A stretch of DNA of 61,343 nucleotides, filler included, from Bipalium vagum (Eukaryota): NCBI GenBank assembly GCA_037834085.1. It is 3 parts of 3 records of this genome, joined end to end, with 100 filler letters (N's around TTAATTAATTAA, not from the genome) between each part and the next. Parts side by side here need not be neighbours in the genome. Positions count along the whole stretch, not along the records: positions 1 to 28,252 come from JBBMKC010060038.1; positions 28,353 to 45,547 come from JBBMKC010075057.1; 1 more part is not named here. One strand, written 5' to 3'. The translations under genes and the position numbers were made by a program. Below are positions 27,140 to 40,561 of this stretch, piece by piece. Each line of letters begins with the position of its first letter. Within the stretch, counting starts at the first letter, position 1. The notes below the pieces were generated by a model. That model worked only from the letters and a program-made list of their open reading frames with translations, had not been told where the DNA came from and ran no database searches.

Positions 27140-28050
27140 GACTAGAAATTTAATTACATGATTTGTTTTCTTAATTATTTCTCCGATTAAAGCATTTTCA
27201 TAATCATTTAAATCGGTTTTAACCTTTTTATTTATTAATTCCATTCTTTTATCAAATATTAATAATATTTCTTTAGTCTTATTATCTATTACTTCATAGG
27301 TATAAGATTTAGATTTCAAAAAATAGGCTATCTTTAAATGTCTCATTTGGTTTCTCATCTTTAAACTGAAATAATTCTTCTCCTAAGTAATTTGACAGTT
27401 TATTTTCTATATTATTAAAAGTTTCATTTTTATCTAATAGAAATTTAATAAATAAAGAATCTATATCACCAAAATAAATTTTATATTTTCCAGATAATTC
27501 TTTTTCTAAACAATTATAAACAAAATCATACATTATTAATTTAAATTATTCTAAGACAAAAAATCCTACATAATTAAATTTATCAAACATTATATTACAT
27601 TTTTTTCATGTGACATGCAACAATATTTTCAGAAAATATTTTGATCTTTCAAATGTTAATTTAGAAGCACATAATTCAAATTTTTTATAATCAATAACTA
27701 TTTCCATGTTTTGTCTTTTCCTAATATTTTCTAATGTTTTTCCATATTAATATTTAATAATTTGAAAAGGAGATCTCCAACGATCTCTTTTAATTTCTTT
27801 TGTTTTATTTATATTAAATTCAATAAATGGTTTTAACCAATAAGATGCTTTAAATTAATTTAATTAAGTTAATTTTTATGCACCATTTATAATATAATCC
27901 CTTGATCTACATAAAAAAAAACTACCTTCTACTAAATAATTATTTTATCAAATTGTGTAAGCATTAATTTCTCATTAAATGTATTTAAAGTTTTATTATT
28001 AATTTGAGCAGTGTTTTTTTCTGCAATCGGACAAAATCTCTGATAATTAG
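27140..28050 (-). pseudogene. Protein-primed family B DNA polymerase remnant (Polinton/Maverick/adintovirus type)
   Basis: Minus strand: WLKPFIEFNI, YGKTLENIRKRQN, YVGFFVLE..KLIMYDFVYN, YFGDIDSLFI (YxDTDS motif), FKDE, LKSKSY. Multiple stops and frameshifts. Confidence 0.85.
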
Positions 28051-28143
28051 ATAAAAAAAGAATTATTAACTTAAAATTTTTCTGGACATAAGGGAAATTA
28101 TATTTATTTTCTCTTTTATTTCAGATGGATATTCTTAATCAAT

Positions 28144-28241
28144 TGTTAAGATCCTAAGTTGATGGATAAAAAGGATTTTAAAGGTCGGAGCGTGTATGTG
28201 GCTTAGGTCTCAACGGTTGAAGGTTGCTTTGATCGTGTTCG
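28144..28241 (-). repeat. Dispersed repeat A, copy 1 (about 100 bp visible; possible LTR 3' end)
   Basis: Reverse complement of 45756-45853 (aaagcaaccttcaaccgttgagacctaa...tccatcaacttaggatcttaaca). Homology stops at the same ...ttAACA in both copies. Confidence 0.85.
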
Positions 28242-28252
28242 TCTTTAATTAA

Positions 28253-28352
28253 NNNNNNNNNNNNNNNNNNNNNNNNNNNNNNNNNNNNNNNNNNNNTTAA
28301 TTAATTAANNNNNNNNNNNNNNNNNNNNNNNNNNNNNNNNNNNNNNNNNNNN
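28253..28352. other. Artificial contig linker (44 N + TTAATTAATTAA + 44 N)
   Basis: Exactly 100 nt, with a core giving stops in all six frames; identical structure at 45548-45647. Confidence 0.95.
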
Positions 28353-29572
28353 CGATAAAGCTGAAAACGGGACTATATAAGCTCCTGTTTTCAGTCATAA
28401 AATCGCACAAAAATTTTCTAAAACAAGAGTTTTCAGTAAAAGTAAAATTAAGACGAATTATAAAAATCAAAATAAAGAAAAGACGAATTATAAAAATAAA
28501 AAGTTAATTAATTAATTATTATTGATAATTAAAGAAAATCTTTACATTATCAATATTTTATTTTAAATTTTATTTTTTTCTTTTTTGTTATCTGGCAAAC
28601 GCTACTCTACTAACCTCTAGGGTTTAGAGTAAGATTTTTCATAAGAAAGGACCTCTTCTATTTTTCTTAATCAAGAGGATATATATAATAAGTACAAAAA
28701 TAATAATAAATAAAATGAAATCTATTGTAAAAACATTCGTGTATATTAAATACATTTTTGAAAAAATATTTGTTATCTTAGTTATTTTAAGAGTTCTCCT
28801 ATTATATATACTTCCTTCAAACGGGATTTGGTGAGCCTTAATTTAGTTAATAGAATTTAAACATTGAATCTTTGTCGGTGTAAGAACCAAAAATTAGAAA
28901 AGTTAACCTCAAACTCTAACAAATATCATTTTTATTAACTTTCAATTGATTTAGTTGTTTCTTTTATTTTAAGTACTACAGAAATTAATTATCTTTTACT
29001 TTTGACTTTTTTTTAATCTATGGATTTCATAATAATTACATTATTATTTTCTTGAATATTAAATATAGAAGTAAATGATGAAAAATAAAATTAATATTTG
29101 GTTGAATTTTTTTTTTAGTACACATTCATTTGGATATTTATTTAAAACAATTAAGACCTTAAGCATATCTGCTTTATTAAATATATACTTCCTGTTATTT
29201 TTTGATGTAATTGATAATTTACAAATACATCTATAAAAAATGTGATCAGAACCAATATGATTGTGAACTAATTAAATAAAAAATATTGACCAGAAGTATT
29301 GTATAGATAACGGATTTACTTATTTTGGAATTTAAAATTGATAATAAGCTTCCACTGCTACAATTACTAATATTAGTAATAACTTTTTATAACTTTTCTC
29401 TTTCAATTAATAAAAATATTTTAAATTCATTTCATTTTATTAATTTAACAACCAATAACAAAAGACAATGTCGACAAATGAGTTTATTTTTCTCTTAGAT
29501 AAAACTTTGAAGTTTCTATAAAAAACCAAAAAATCGAATAATATTCCTTGATCACATTTGATTTTCTGAACC

Positions 29573-29677
29573 CTAATTAAAGAAGTCATCGCTTTCCAGT
29601 TCCATGTTCTGTGAAAAAATCAGTTAAATATTACATCAGTTTCTAAATTTTCAAAAATATCGTTTAAGTGAAAAATC

Positions 29678-29732
<55 letters not shown>

Positions 29733-31085
29733 TAATCCATTATTATTATTATTATTAAACAATAATTTTAATTGATAATATTCGATTCGATAATAATTTT
29801 AAAAAAATAATTATAATAATTAATAATAGCAATAAAATATTATTGACTCATTGAAAGTGAAATGGAAATCAATAATTATTTGATAATAAATCGATAAAAA
29901 ACTTAAAAACAAACACACATCGAGTTCTTCCAAAATCTGGTCCATAACATCGGTCGCGTTCTCTTTGTAACCAACCGCCAATTTGATCGAGTCTTTAAAT
30001 GCTTTGACCACATTGGTTCCATCAGAAGCCGAAAGAAAATAAAACGGCATTTTATTTTTCGTTGAGAATTTGAATGTTCGCCTTGTAGCACTCATATCGG
30101 CTGATAGATTATTGATTAAAAATATTTTTATTAATTAATAATCGATAAAAATAAATTATTAATTAATCATTTATTTTACTGATTTGTTATAGATTAATAA
30201 TTATTTATTGATTCTTTTGGTTTATAAATAATTTAAGTATATATTAATAACTTTCAGCGAATTGATTTTTTAATTAAAATATATTTATTATTATAATATT
30301 AATTATTATTATTTCATTAAGAATTATTTTTACTGATTAATCAACAATTGATTTTTTACTGATTGATTAATTAAAATTTATTAAATACTGATTTTAATCG
30401 ATTGTGTAATAAATTTAATATATTTCTTGTGATTGAATATTGATTATATTTTATTAAAATTTAATTATTGAATTATTACCATCAATTTTGTTAGCAACAC
30501 ATATACAGGGAATGTCTGGCCGGTGTTCTCTGAGTTCCTTGTACCAATTGTCCAAATTCTTGTAGGTTACTTTTCGAGTCACATCAAAAACGAGGATGCA
30601 AGCGTGGGCCTGGTAGTAGTACGACGTGTGCATGCTTTGGAAGCGTTCCTGGCCTGCGGTGTCCCAAAAATCTGAAAAATAATTGTGAAAGTTAAGTCAA
30701 GCATAATTAAATTTTGTGTGTAAGTGAATAATGGGTAAGCTCAATTAACTCACCAACAGTCAGCTTTTTCCCGTCAAGATTTGTTTGATATTTAAACAAT
30801 GTCAATGCGTATGTAGATAATTGCTGGGGCTGGCTGAAATGATAATGATTAAGAAACATTCCATTTGAAACAGTACGTCATTTAAATCAATGTAAAAAAT
30901 TAAAAGCTTTAGCCTACTATCCATCCATGAGAAATCTTTCAACTAATCTAAAATGATATTTTATTAAGGTAATGAGATTATCATATATACTTGGATTTAC
31001 CAACTGCACTGTCTCCTAAGCAAATGATCTTTACTCGGACATCGCAATTTGGGTCCTTGGCATCATAATCTGGGGGTTCAACCAT
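29573..31085 (-). CDS. RABL2: Rab-like protein 2 (ciliary/IFT-associated small GTPase), 6 exons, 204 aa
   Basis: Exons 31085-30991, 30947-30918, 30833-30754, 30671-30480, 30100-29919, 29608-29573 sum to 615 nt. Protein: VKIICLGDSAVGKSKLVERFLMDGYQPQQLSTYALTLF...DFWDTAGQERFQSMHTSYYYQAHACILVFDVTRKVTYKNL...ANKIDAD...FLSASDGTNVVKAF. Confidence 0.97.
29678..29736. repeat. (AAT)n microsatellite in RABL2 last intron
   Basis: Directly visible. Confidence 0.95.
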
Positions 31086-33780
31086 AAATTCAATTAATTT
31101 AATGTTAGAAAAAATTGTAACTATAAACAAAAATCAAGGTCAATAAATAGTAAAACAAATTTCATAAGTTTATAAAAATTATTCATATTTATTTAGGGAT
31201 TTCTTTAAATATTTTGTTAATTTGATATTTTTATTGTGATTACAAATAATGGTAAATATTTTAAATATCTTCTTTTAAAAATTAAGTAATTTAATTAGTG
31301 ATTAAAGTATAAATATAATTAAGAAGTGATACTTTTTCTGAAATCTTAAAAAATGATCTTGATTGTTCAAATATTTTTTAATTTCATATTTCTTGGATCA
31401 TGTTTTTTGACAGAAATGACGAAAAGAAGCATTTTTTTTACCCATAGATTACATCAAATATATTTTTGACCGATTTTATATAAATACTCAACTTGTTCAT
31501 ATTGATAATAAAGAAATGGATATTAAATTAATAAACACCCGTTCCAACCGATGCAATTCTGTTTTTAAGAAAACCAGTTTTATTACTATCAGGTAATTTT
31601 TAATACTTATGTTTTATAAATGTTATTAGATAAATGCGATGGTTGTGGCAAGATATTCAAAGAATGCAAATAAAAAAGAAACATTGCCTGTGTTCCATGG
31701 TGATGCTACACGAAATGAAGAGCCTATTTACAACTGTCTAAAGATGCTCACTCCAAAAGAATTGACTTGATTTGAGGGAAGCAGAAGACTAAGATCCTGT
31801 CAATGAAGGACATCCTAAGAATAGTAACTATATGAATGGATGTGGTGACAACATACTCAATCGAGGAATTGCTAATAATTTTTTTATTTATTGTGCTTGT
31901 TTTACAAGTACCTGTTTTGACACATGATCCCATTTCCTTACTAAATATTATTGTTAACTAAAATTGGTAACATAAATATTATAAAATATTAAAAGTAGTT
32001 AGTTCAAAAATTAATTAATTAAAATTTAATAATTATACAAAAATAGTACTTTTAGGATATTGAAAAGTTTTAAATTTAGCTTAAAAAGCTTATCATTTAG
32101 TTAAATTTTTATTTATAAGTTTAGCTATTCAAAGATTTTGTTAATATTTGGAAAATATTAAACAAATTTGTACTCAATTTGCCTCAATATTTATTGGTAG
32201 GGTACGCAAGGCGGCACAACAAATTTATTTAATAAATAATGACAGGAATAGTGTTTTCAATAACAAGATAAAGAAAAATCACCATAAAAGTATTCTTATT
32301 TGCTCTGGCGATAATATAAGATTAGTAATCTGAAATTCCGAAATTAAAATATCACAATAGTCCCGCAAACACCATTGTCTATAGATTGGCTATTCTCAAT
32401 TATCAAAATTTAGGAATGAACGAAAAGAGCAAAACAGCATGAAAAATCTAGTATTAATGAACCCTTTAGCTCAGTCTATTCTTCGAGATTGTCCGTAAGT
32501 CTCCGAAATATCTTTTCAACAAGCCTATTGATTGTGATGGAAATGTTAAATCAAAATGGACTACATAAGCGAGAGTTTATTAAATACATTAATTTAAAAT
32601 ATTTTTATATCACAGGAATACATTAAATGATAGTACCGGGATAAAATAAAATATAAAAAATGTATTTTATTATTTTCATAAACTTAAGAGAATATTAATC
32701 TTTTAACAGTAATAACATTTTTTTCAAATTTTATTCAATAAAGAAAAAAATAAAATTTTTAGTCCTATAAAATGCAACCGCAACAAAATATCACTGTGAA
32801 AAGCTCCAATAGGCTGGACTATCGCATATTTTGTTACTTAGAGAAATTAATGAATGAATGAATCACCATCTTGTAAAAACTTTTGTGAATTTTCTTGTTG
32901 CACTAAATACAAAAGCTATTTAATGAATCTATGGTATCGCTGTCAGAAATTTTTGGTATCAGATTATCAATATGTCCAATATCATTATCATCATAATTGA
33001 TTTCAACAAGATAATAATTTTGTTAGTCTTTAACATGATCAATGATATCAAAATCTTATAAAATTGACCATGTTGCAACTGGGTTATCAAAAAAATGTAA
33101 ACGTTAATGGACTAATATTGTACACATAAAGTCTATACATTTTAAACATGTCAAAAAAATGTACAAGTGCCTGATTAGAATCAATGAGTGTCATACTATA
33201 CTCAGATGAATTTTCAGTTTTTAAAAAACCAGCATGCTAAGAAGCAAAAGATTAAGCCCAAAAGATAAAATTCATTGATTTCAAGTCAGTAATATAAAAA
33301 TGGATTGGACAACAATGAATGTAAATTTCATATTTTCCAGAGTGAATTTTTTGTCTAGTTTTCGTAAATATCATCAGAAAATATCTGACGTTATCCAAGC
33401 ATTTTTTAAACTTTGTATTGGACTGGTAATTTATCCTTATTTTCAGGAAAGCAACTCGGATTTTGTGATTTCCCAATGAGCAAAAGAGGTTGCTTTTCAC
33501 CTCCATTCTTATCGGTTGCTAGCAAGAATTTAATTATAGCCCTGCTGAGTAATCCACCTTCGCATTTGTCATTTTGCAATTTTAGAATAAAGGTTTATTA
33601 GATAAAGCTTCCCAAAATTGAGTACCTTCACTAAGTACCTTCATCACTAACCTACAAAAAATCTTCAAAATATCCCAAATTTTTCGCAAATTGCTGAGCT
33701 TTTAATCTGATAATTGGCCCACCAAGAGGAACATTTTGAGAACACATATTTTTAATCCAGGGTAAATGACCAGATTAATA

Positions 33781-34700
33781 TTGTGATGCAAAAGTTCGTA
33801 CTCAAAAAATCTTATAAAGAAGTTTTATATTCTAAAAAAGGTTTTATCGTTATTTGCAAAATTTAAGTTACCTTTTATTTAAGTTTATTTGAGTAGAAAT
33901 TTATCATTTGTTTAACTATTAAAATATTGACTCTAAGTTTTTTGAGTTTCAATAAACAATTTTACAAATCTGTGATTAAAATGCTTTCTACAAAATTTGA
34001 GATAAGAGTGTTGTTGCGTCACTATTTAAAAAGAGATTTGAGCACAATGGATGCTTGCAAGGAGTTATGCGAGTTTGAGGGCGAAGGAAATGTTGCTCAG
34101 AGGATTGCAACAAAGTTTTTCAATAGCATCAATGATGAATTTGAACTTTAAAGACAAGCCACGTTTACATCAATCTTCACTGATGAGGGATGATGAATTG
34201 ATTGCCACCTTGAAAGTTCATGCGATTAACTGTGCGATTATACTGGTGTACATCAAACAAATGTCCTGAGACATTTACATCAACTATATTGTATTCACTA
34301 AAATACACGACAAATCCATACTTCATAAGTAAAGAGCAAGCGAAGAACAGAGTTGATATGTGCAAAAAACTGCTTGAGAACCCGCAAGATGAGGACTTTT
34401 GGAGGCGTATTGTGACATCAGATGAAAATTGGATATACTTAGTCAACCATAACCGATAAAAATGTGGGGTTCCAAGAGATCAATATCCATTTTCAGTCGC
34501 CTGTCAATGCAGGTCTTCCAGGAAGGTCTTGCTGTGTGTTTGGTAGAATTTTGAATGTACTCTTCATTATGAACTGGTTCCAAATGGTAAAGCCATAAAT
34601 ACAGAGCTTTATTGCCAGCAACGTGATTTTGTTTATGATGCACTTAAGCTGAAATATCTTGTTCTTCTTCGTCAAAAGCGAGCATTGTTTCACCAAAATT
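33781..34700 (+). mobile_element. Degenerate mariner, 3' truncated
   Basis: MLSTKFEIRVLLRHYLKR...ACKELCEFEGEGNV (mariner HTH), RVDMCKKLL, DFWRRIVTSDENWIY; TIR-like ttgtgatgcaaaagttcgtactc after TA. Confidence 0.9.
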
Positions 34701-37700
34701 GTTTCTACAAAATCTCCTTTACCTCAACACATTTATTTCAACATTTTCCAAGCAATTTGATAACTTTGTTTTAATGACTCTCACTAAAGCTTGCAAAATA
34801 AGTATGTAAAATATCATTTATTTTTTTGATTGTCACTAAAACGCTTTGCAGATAGGAATTTTTGAGACTTTGGAAAAGAAAGAAGCCTGATAGAGCTAAG
34901 TTTTTGAATTAGATAGAATTGCAAGGAAGTCATAATTCAATTCATTTAATTTTGATATGGTCAAAAGCTTTTGTTAAAATTATTCTTGAGAAGAACTTTG
35001 CCATGTTATTCGGAATATAAATTTTCTTAAATTTTTATTCTGAGCTTTAACATAATTTTCAAAAAAATGGCTCAGTAAGGATTGGCTATAATTAGTAAGA
35101 TTAGTTTTAAATAGTCAGAAGGCTCAATTCGAGAAATTGGGTGGTATACGTCTACTGCTCTGTATAAACTTTTATTTGTGCTTGCTTTAAGTTATTCAAA
35201 AAATAATGAAGAAAGAATCGATAAAAGATAAGGAATTATATTATTTTAGAAACATCTAATCGATTTCCTAAAATCAGTGTTAATTAATTAATTAATTAAT
35301 TGGTAATAAAAGGAAATACTTTTCATCATTTTCTTTAGAATGCCTTACTCATTTTTAAATGTCCTCTTGGACACTACACCTTGATTGTTTCTAAGCCACA
35401 AAATATAAATTTTAAGACCAGGACCTCTTCGGTTATCATAAAACCAATATAAACCTATCTGTGAGTATAACTCATAGGTAGTTAGGTCAGTAAAAGCAAC
35501 AACTTACAATATTACTTTTTATGTATAGCCATGAATGAAATATGGACCTATTATTATGATTCTGAATTGCCAGAGGAACGATTACAATAAATCAAGATGG
35601 TTACCCTCGAAAAAAAACTATTTAGTACATAAGATAGGCAGAAGTTACATTTAATTTTATACTTTAATTAGACTAATACTGCACCTATGATTACTAGATC
35701 AATATTAAAACAGGGCCAATTGAAACAAAACCGAAATTAATAGTTGAAACTCATTAATAATAATATTCTTATTTTTTTTAACATGATTCATTTAGAGTTA
35801 TTATTTTATATCATTTTAATTATACTGGATTAATATTATCATTATGATTATATATTATAAGGATTTTTATCAAAAAGTGAAACACGTCAATAGTTTTCAG
35901 AGCATGGGAATCGTCAAATAATTTTTCTGGATAAAAGTTCTGACCAATGAGAATTGGATGAAGACAATTCTTTGGAGACTGAACTGATCAATGTCAAACC
36001 TTTCCACTTTTCATCTGCAATGCCCTCCATGTCTAGCTGGAGAGTCTGTGGTTCCATGGATTTTTGAAAATATTAATTAATTGTGGCCTCCATGCATTTT
36101 TCGACTGGATTTGTTTATTTTTCCTTCATTTCCATATTTGCTGGTAAGATTTTGCTGACCGTAATTTATTCAATAATTCTTAAATATTATAAAAATATTA
36201 TTAATTATAATATATAATATTTTTTAAAAATCTAATTGATGTTTTTTTAAAAGTTAAGGATATTTTTTGAAAGGCTGTTTTATTTGCACATTTAAAATAA
36301 TAAAATAATAATAATAATAAAATTTTTCATGTAACAGGTTATTTTAAATCATTAATTGAAATTTTGTTTTAATTAATTTATCCATAATTCATTAAAATTT
36401 TTATATTAAGTATTTGTTTTAATAATTATTAAGTATTAAATTAATAATACTGATAATTTAAATAAAACACAATGTATCGAAAAATTAATGTAATTTCCAC
36501 ATTTCTATTGTTTAAAGTTATTGTTCAAAATGTTGTGGATCGCACAAAGTGAGAAAAAAAATTTTCCATATTGATTTGTTCGAGAATTTTAAATGTTAAT
36601 TTAACCAATTTTAAACCTTTTTTTAAACCTTTTTTTATAATTCATGAAGAAGCTTACATTTATAATACTTCCTCATTTGGTGAAATGTATGAAATTGATA
36701 AAGATCTTTTGAAACTTCTGCAATACTTTGACATGGCCTTCCTTCAACTCACACCACAACAATTCATGATCAAGTGAAACATATTGCTTGTCATGGTCTT
36801 AGTAAACCACCAGGATGGCTATCTCAAGTCTTCTATTGATATTTCCACCAGATTTGGAGACATTATGATCACTTTGGTATTTATAGGAATATGTATTAGG
36901 GTCATCTCTTTATCATACGTTAAGATTTGATATATTCACCTTTCAAGTAAAACAGTTAAATGGGTAAATAAATATTTCATATGATAAATAAAATCTGATA
37001 AACAAAATGACATGGTTTTCTTTAAAACATGTGCAATATTTTAATTAATAATATTTTTAATTAATAAATAATAAAACTAATAATAATTGACCAGGATAAA
37101 GCCAAAAGTTTATATTTTTCATAAATATTGCACCTGAATCCAGAATTCAATATTTTCATACAGCAAGTATTGAAAATTATTAATTAAAATGTGATCCAAA
37201 TGATTAATCAATTAATATAAAATAATAAAAAGAATTATAAATTTTTAATGAGATGGAATAGCTGTGGAAATATTTCATAAAAAATACTGAAATTCTTTTT
37301 CTGGCGAAAAAGTTTTTTAATTTTTAATTTTAAGTTATTAATTAAATGATTATAATATAAAATAATAACTGAATTAAAATAATAAAAATGTTTGAATTAA
37401 AAAAGATTAAGAATAAAATTCAAGAGAATATTAATTGAAAATGAAAAAATAAATAAAGGGTGAAAATTAATATTGGTGTGAAATAAAATTGAATATTTTG
37501 GAGAGCTCTAATTTAAAAAAAATTACTAAAATAAATAAATTAATAAAATAAAAATAATAATCATTTCAATAAATGAATAATACCAGAGAAGAGTTTATTA
37601 AATTATTTAAATAATATTAAATTTATTAAATACAAAAAACCAACCAGTTGAACTATTTCACATTTTATATTATCAATAAGAATGATTAAAAGGAAAACTT

Positions 37701-38999
37701 GTTGAGGAATAAATATATTCATATTATATATACAAATATTGTAATTATCGATTATACAACCCAGTGGAGGTCTTTCTTTGAGGATTTTATATACATAATC
37801 CATAAAGATTATGGGTCGAAAATCATTTCAACGATTGATAAGTGTGAAAGTCGTATTAAAGAATAAATTTAAAATTATTTAAGTATAGTTAATTATTTAT
37901 TAGTTATTTAAAACAAAAAAATTCGTAAAAATCTTTAATCGAGTTTTCTTTATTAAAAAACGATTTAGTCACAAAAGTTTTCTTACCATTAACTGAGCAT
38001 ATTTTTTTATTTATTAATTTTATATAATTAAAGTACAACTGGAAAAACGGTTAATGTAAAGTTTCACCATAATACCTTATGGAAAAACGCAAAAGATCAA
38101 AAGATATTTCTGAACCAAATTATACACAAAAATGATTTTGTCTAAATGGATATCTAATTTAAAAGATTCTTTAACTATTTGATAACTCATTAACAATTAT
38201 CTCGGAAAATATTAAATGAATAAATAATCAAATTATATCAGAATTATAATTTACTTTTATATTTACTATGTAACACTTAAATAAATATTTTTATTTTATG
38301 ATATAAAAATTTACTTCATTAAAATATCATTTGTTAATGATTATAATGAAAACTTTAAATATTAATATATCATAATATTATGTCAAATATATTATAATTA
38401 TATATATGTAAATTATAATATAAAATTTAAATATAAAATCGATATTTATGTAATGATTTAGTATTATACGATACAGAAAATTCTAAGCTTTAAGATGATA
38501 TATAAATATTGATATTTAGTTAATTATTACATGATTTACGTTTCCATGAAATATGCTATTAAAACAGACATTTCATACTACACAGCCTAATATAATATAA
38601 TCTAATATAGTTTTTTCACCAGAATTGTTTTATATAATGTTATTCAAAATTTTAGAGATATTTTTATTTGATTCTATTACTGAAATCAATTTGGGGAAAA
38701 ACAAATATTTATATGTACAATTAAATAATACTTCTGGTATTTTCTTTATTATACTCTTAGCTTGTTCAAAAAATAACGTGGGTTTTTAATAATGAACTTT
38801 GAATTAAATAGTTCCATCACGGCCGACATAATTTTCATTCTCGTTTTCATTTATCAATAATAGACAAACGAAAAACAATCTGTTCAAAATCAGCATCCCA
38901 AATACTAATACCGGATTCCATCTGGTTCAAAACTTTCCGGCATTCAAATATTTTTTAAAAATCTAAAAAATTTCAAATTTAAGTAAAAGTTACATTATT

Positions 39000-39763
39000 T
39001 ATAATAATTTGAGTAATTGGTGAATAAACCTTGTAAACCAATAAAAGGGTCAATTGAAATGCCAGTTGGACACCAACAGAATATCTTTATTAATGTTTAA
39101 AGGTTAATAAAAACAAAACAGAATTTATCGTAATCAGAACCATTGAATTCAACACACTTTAACCAAGAAGACAACAGTTTATTTATTTCAGTTGAGTAAA
39201 ATTGATGAACTCGTGAAAGCATCTTTTTGGCATTATGCTGATTTCTGAATTGTCTTCCCTTCAAGAAGTAATGTAAATTATTCGAAATTTATTCGATACA
39301 CCCAATTCTTCTGCAAGTTCTCGAACTGTTGTACTTTGATTGGACTCCATCAAATTCTTCAATTTTTCCTTTTCGACAATAGTCTTTCGTCCACAATCTT
39401 TGTCATCTTCAAGTGGCCTATCTCTATCGAGAGATGTTTTAAAATTCGTTTGTTTGTTTTGTCTCCAAATGTACTGTTGATGTTACGACCTTTCCTAAAT
39501 GACCCAATTTAAATTCGTATAAAGAAAGTTGTGTGTAATTATCTTTTTTAATATACTTTTTTCCATAGTAAGTTACATAAGTATTAAACAAATTTTTTAA
39601 ATTTAAATTAAAAGGTTAAATTTACACAAATGTAAAATGGAATGTACACTTTAAATTAATATGTTAATATAATAATCGCTTTAAAACAAAACATAAATCG
39701 TTAAAATAATGTCTAATGAGTGGTTATGACAAAAGACAACATTAGTTTTTTGAACAACTTAAT
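39000..39763 (-). mobile_element. Degenerate mariner fragment
   Basis: Minus strand: LEDDKDCGRKTIVEKEKLKNLMESNQSTTVRELAEELGVS, and WCPTG. Confidence 0.75.
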
Positions 39764-40129
39764 CTTATTGAAGATATTTTTTTCATCAAATAATTAATAC
39801 CATTTCTCAACGACTCAAGCCTATTACATTTTGTCCCTACTTTCATACGAAGACTTTCATGAAAAATGTTCTATCAATATTTACTTAGAAATCCAATAAT
39901 CAACGCTTTTTTGAAGTACTTGACCTTGTTAAGATAATTTCCATTAATTTGGTATTAAGTAACCTTTTCAGTAAGCATCTTCTTCTCTCATATTGACATT
40001 AAATCTCTTATATCGCCATATGTCAAGACTCTGGTAACATTTGTTCATGAACAATTTTTTCTAACGCAAATATATTTTATTATTGAATAAAAAACATGAA
40101 ATGATCCCCTGATCCGTTACACTAGAACA

Positions 40130-40550
40130 ATCTCGCATACACCTGGTTTTGACTTGAATTCAAAGCCTCGTTTTACATAGATTGACAGAGTCAATGAAAT
40201 TTTGAAAAAGATATACAAGTTTAATCAACAGAAAACGAATGATAATGAGCCAGCTCATCGAGCACGTTTGACACAAGATAAATTTACTACAATTATGGGA
40301 TTGAACTACTGTCTCATCCTCTTTTTAGTCCAGATCTGGAACCCTCAAATTTTGCAATTTTTAGAGGACAGTATTTTGGTAGTCTTAAAAAGTTGAGAAA
40401 TTCTGTATGACCTTCTTTGATTCAAATTCTGATGAATGGTACAGTGAAAAAATCAAAAAAATTAAAACCTAAGTCTTATTTTTAAAAATTATGTTTTGTT
40501 GTTATTTTTCATTGGATTGAACTTTTGATTTCGACAAACTTTTGATACAG
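40130..40550 (+). mobile_element. Mariner C-terminal relic directly upstream of the SUEL-CUB gene
   Basis: NDNEPAHRARLTQ (from DNAPAH) followed by a frameshifted HPPYSPDLAP-like segment (catcctctttttagtccagatctggaaccc). Confidence 0.65.
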
Positions 40551-40561
40551 CCTAATAATAT

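Noticed and set aside
27100-27800. Stop-codon reassignment suggested by in-frame TAA in Polinton-like genes
   Set aside because: The same regions also have frameshifts, and host genes (RABL2, DRP1) read cleanly in the standard code; decay explains it.
28297-28308. TTAATTAATTAA palindrome between N runs (also 45592-45603)
   Set aside because: Identical 44+12+44 layout twice; a six-frame-stop assembly spacer.
32700-33760. Possible decayed DNA transposon coding sequence (similar unresolved tracts at 42400-43060 and 53930-54900)
   Set aside because: Looks formerly coding, but I could not identify diagnostic motifs or termini with confidence.
35900-36920. GC-richer exon-like patches
   Set aside because: No sustained open frame or recognisable motif; may be UTR exons or old TE debris.
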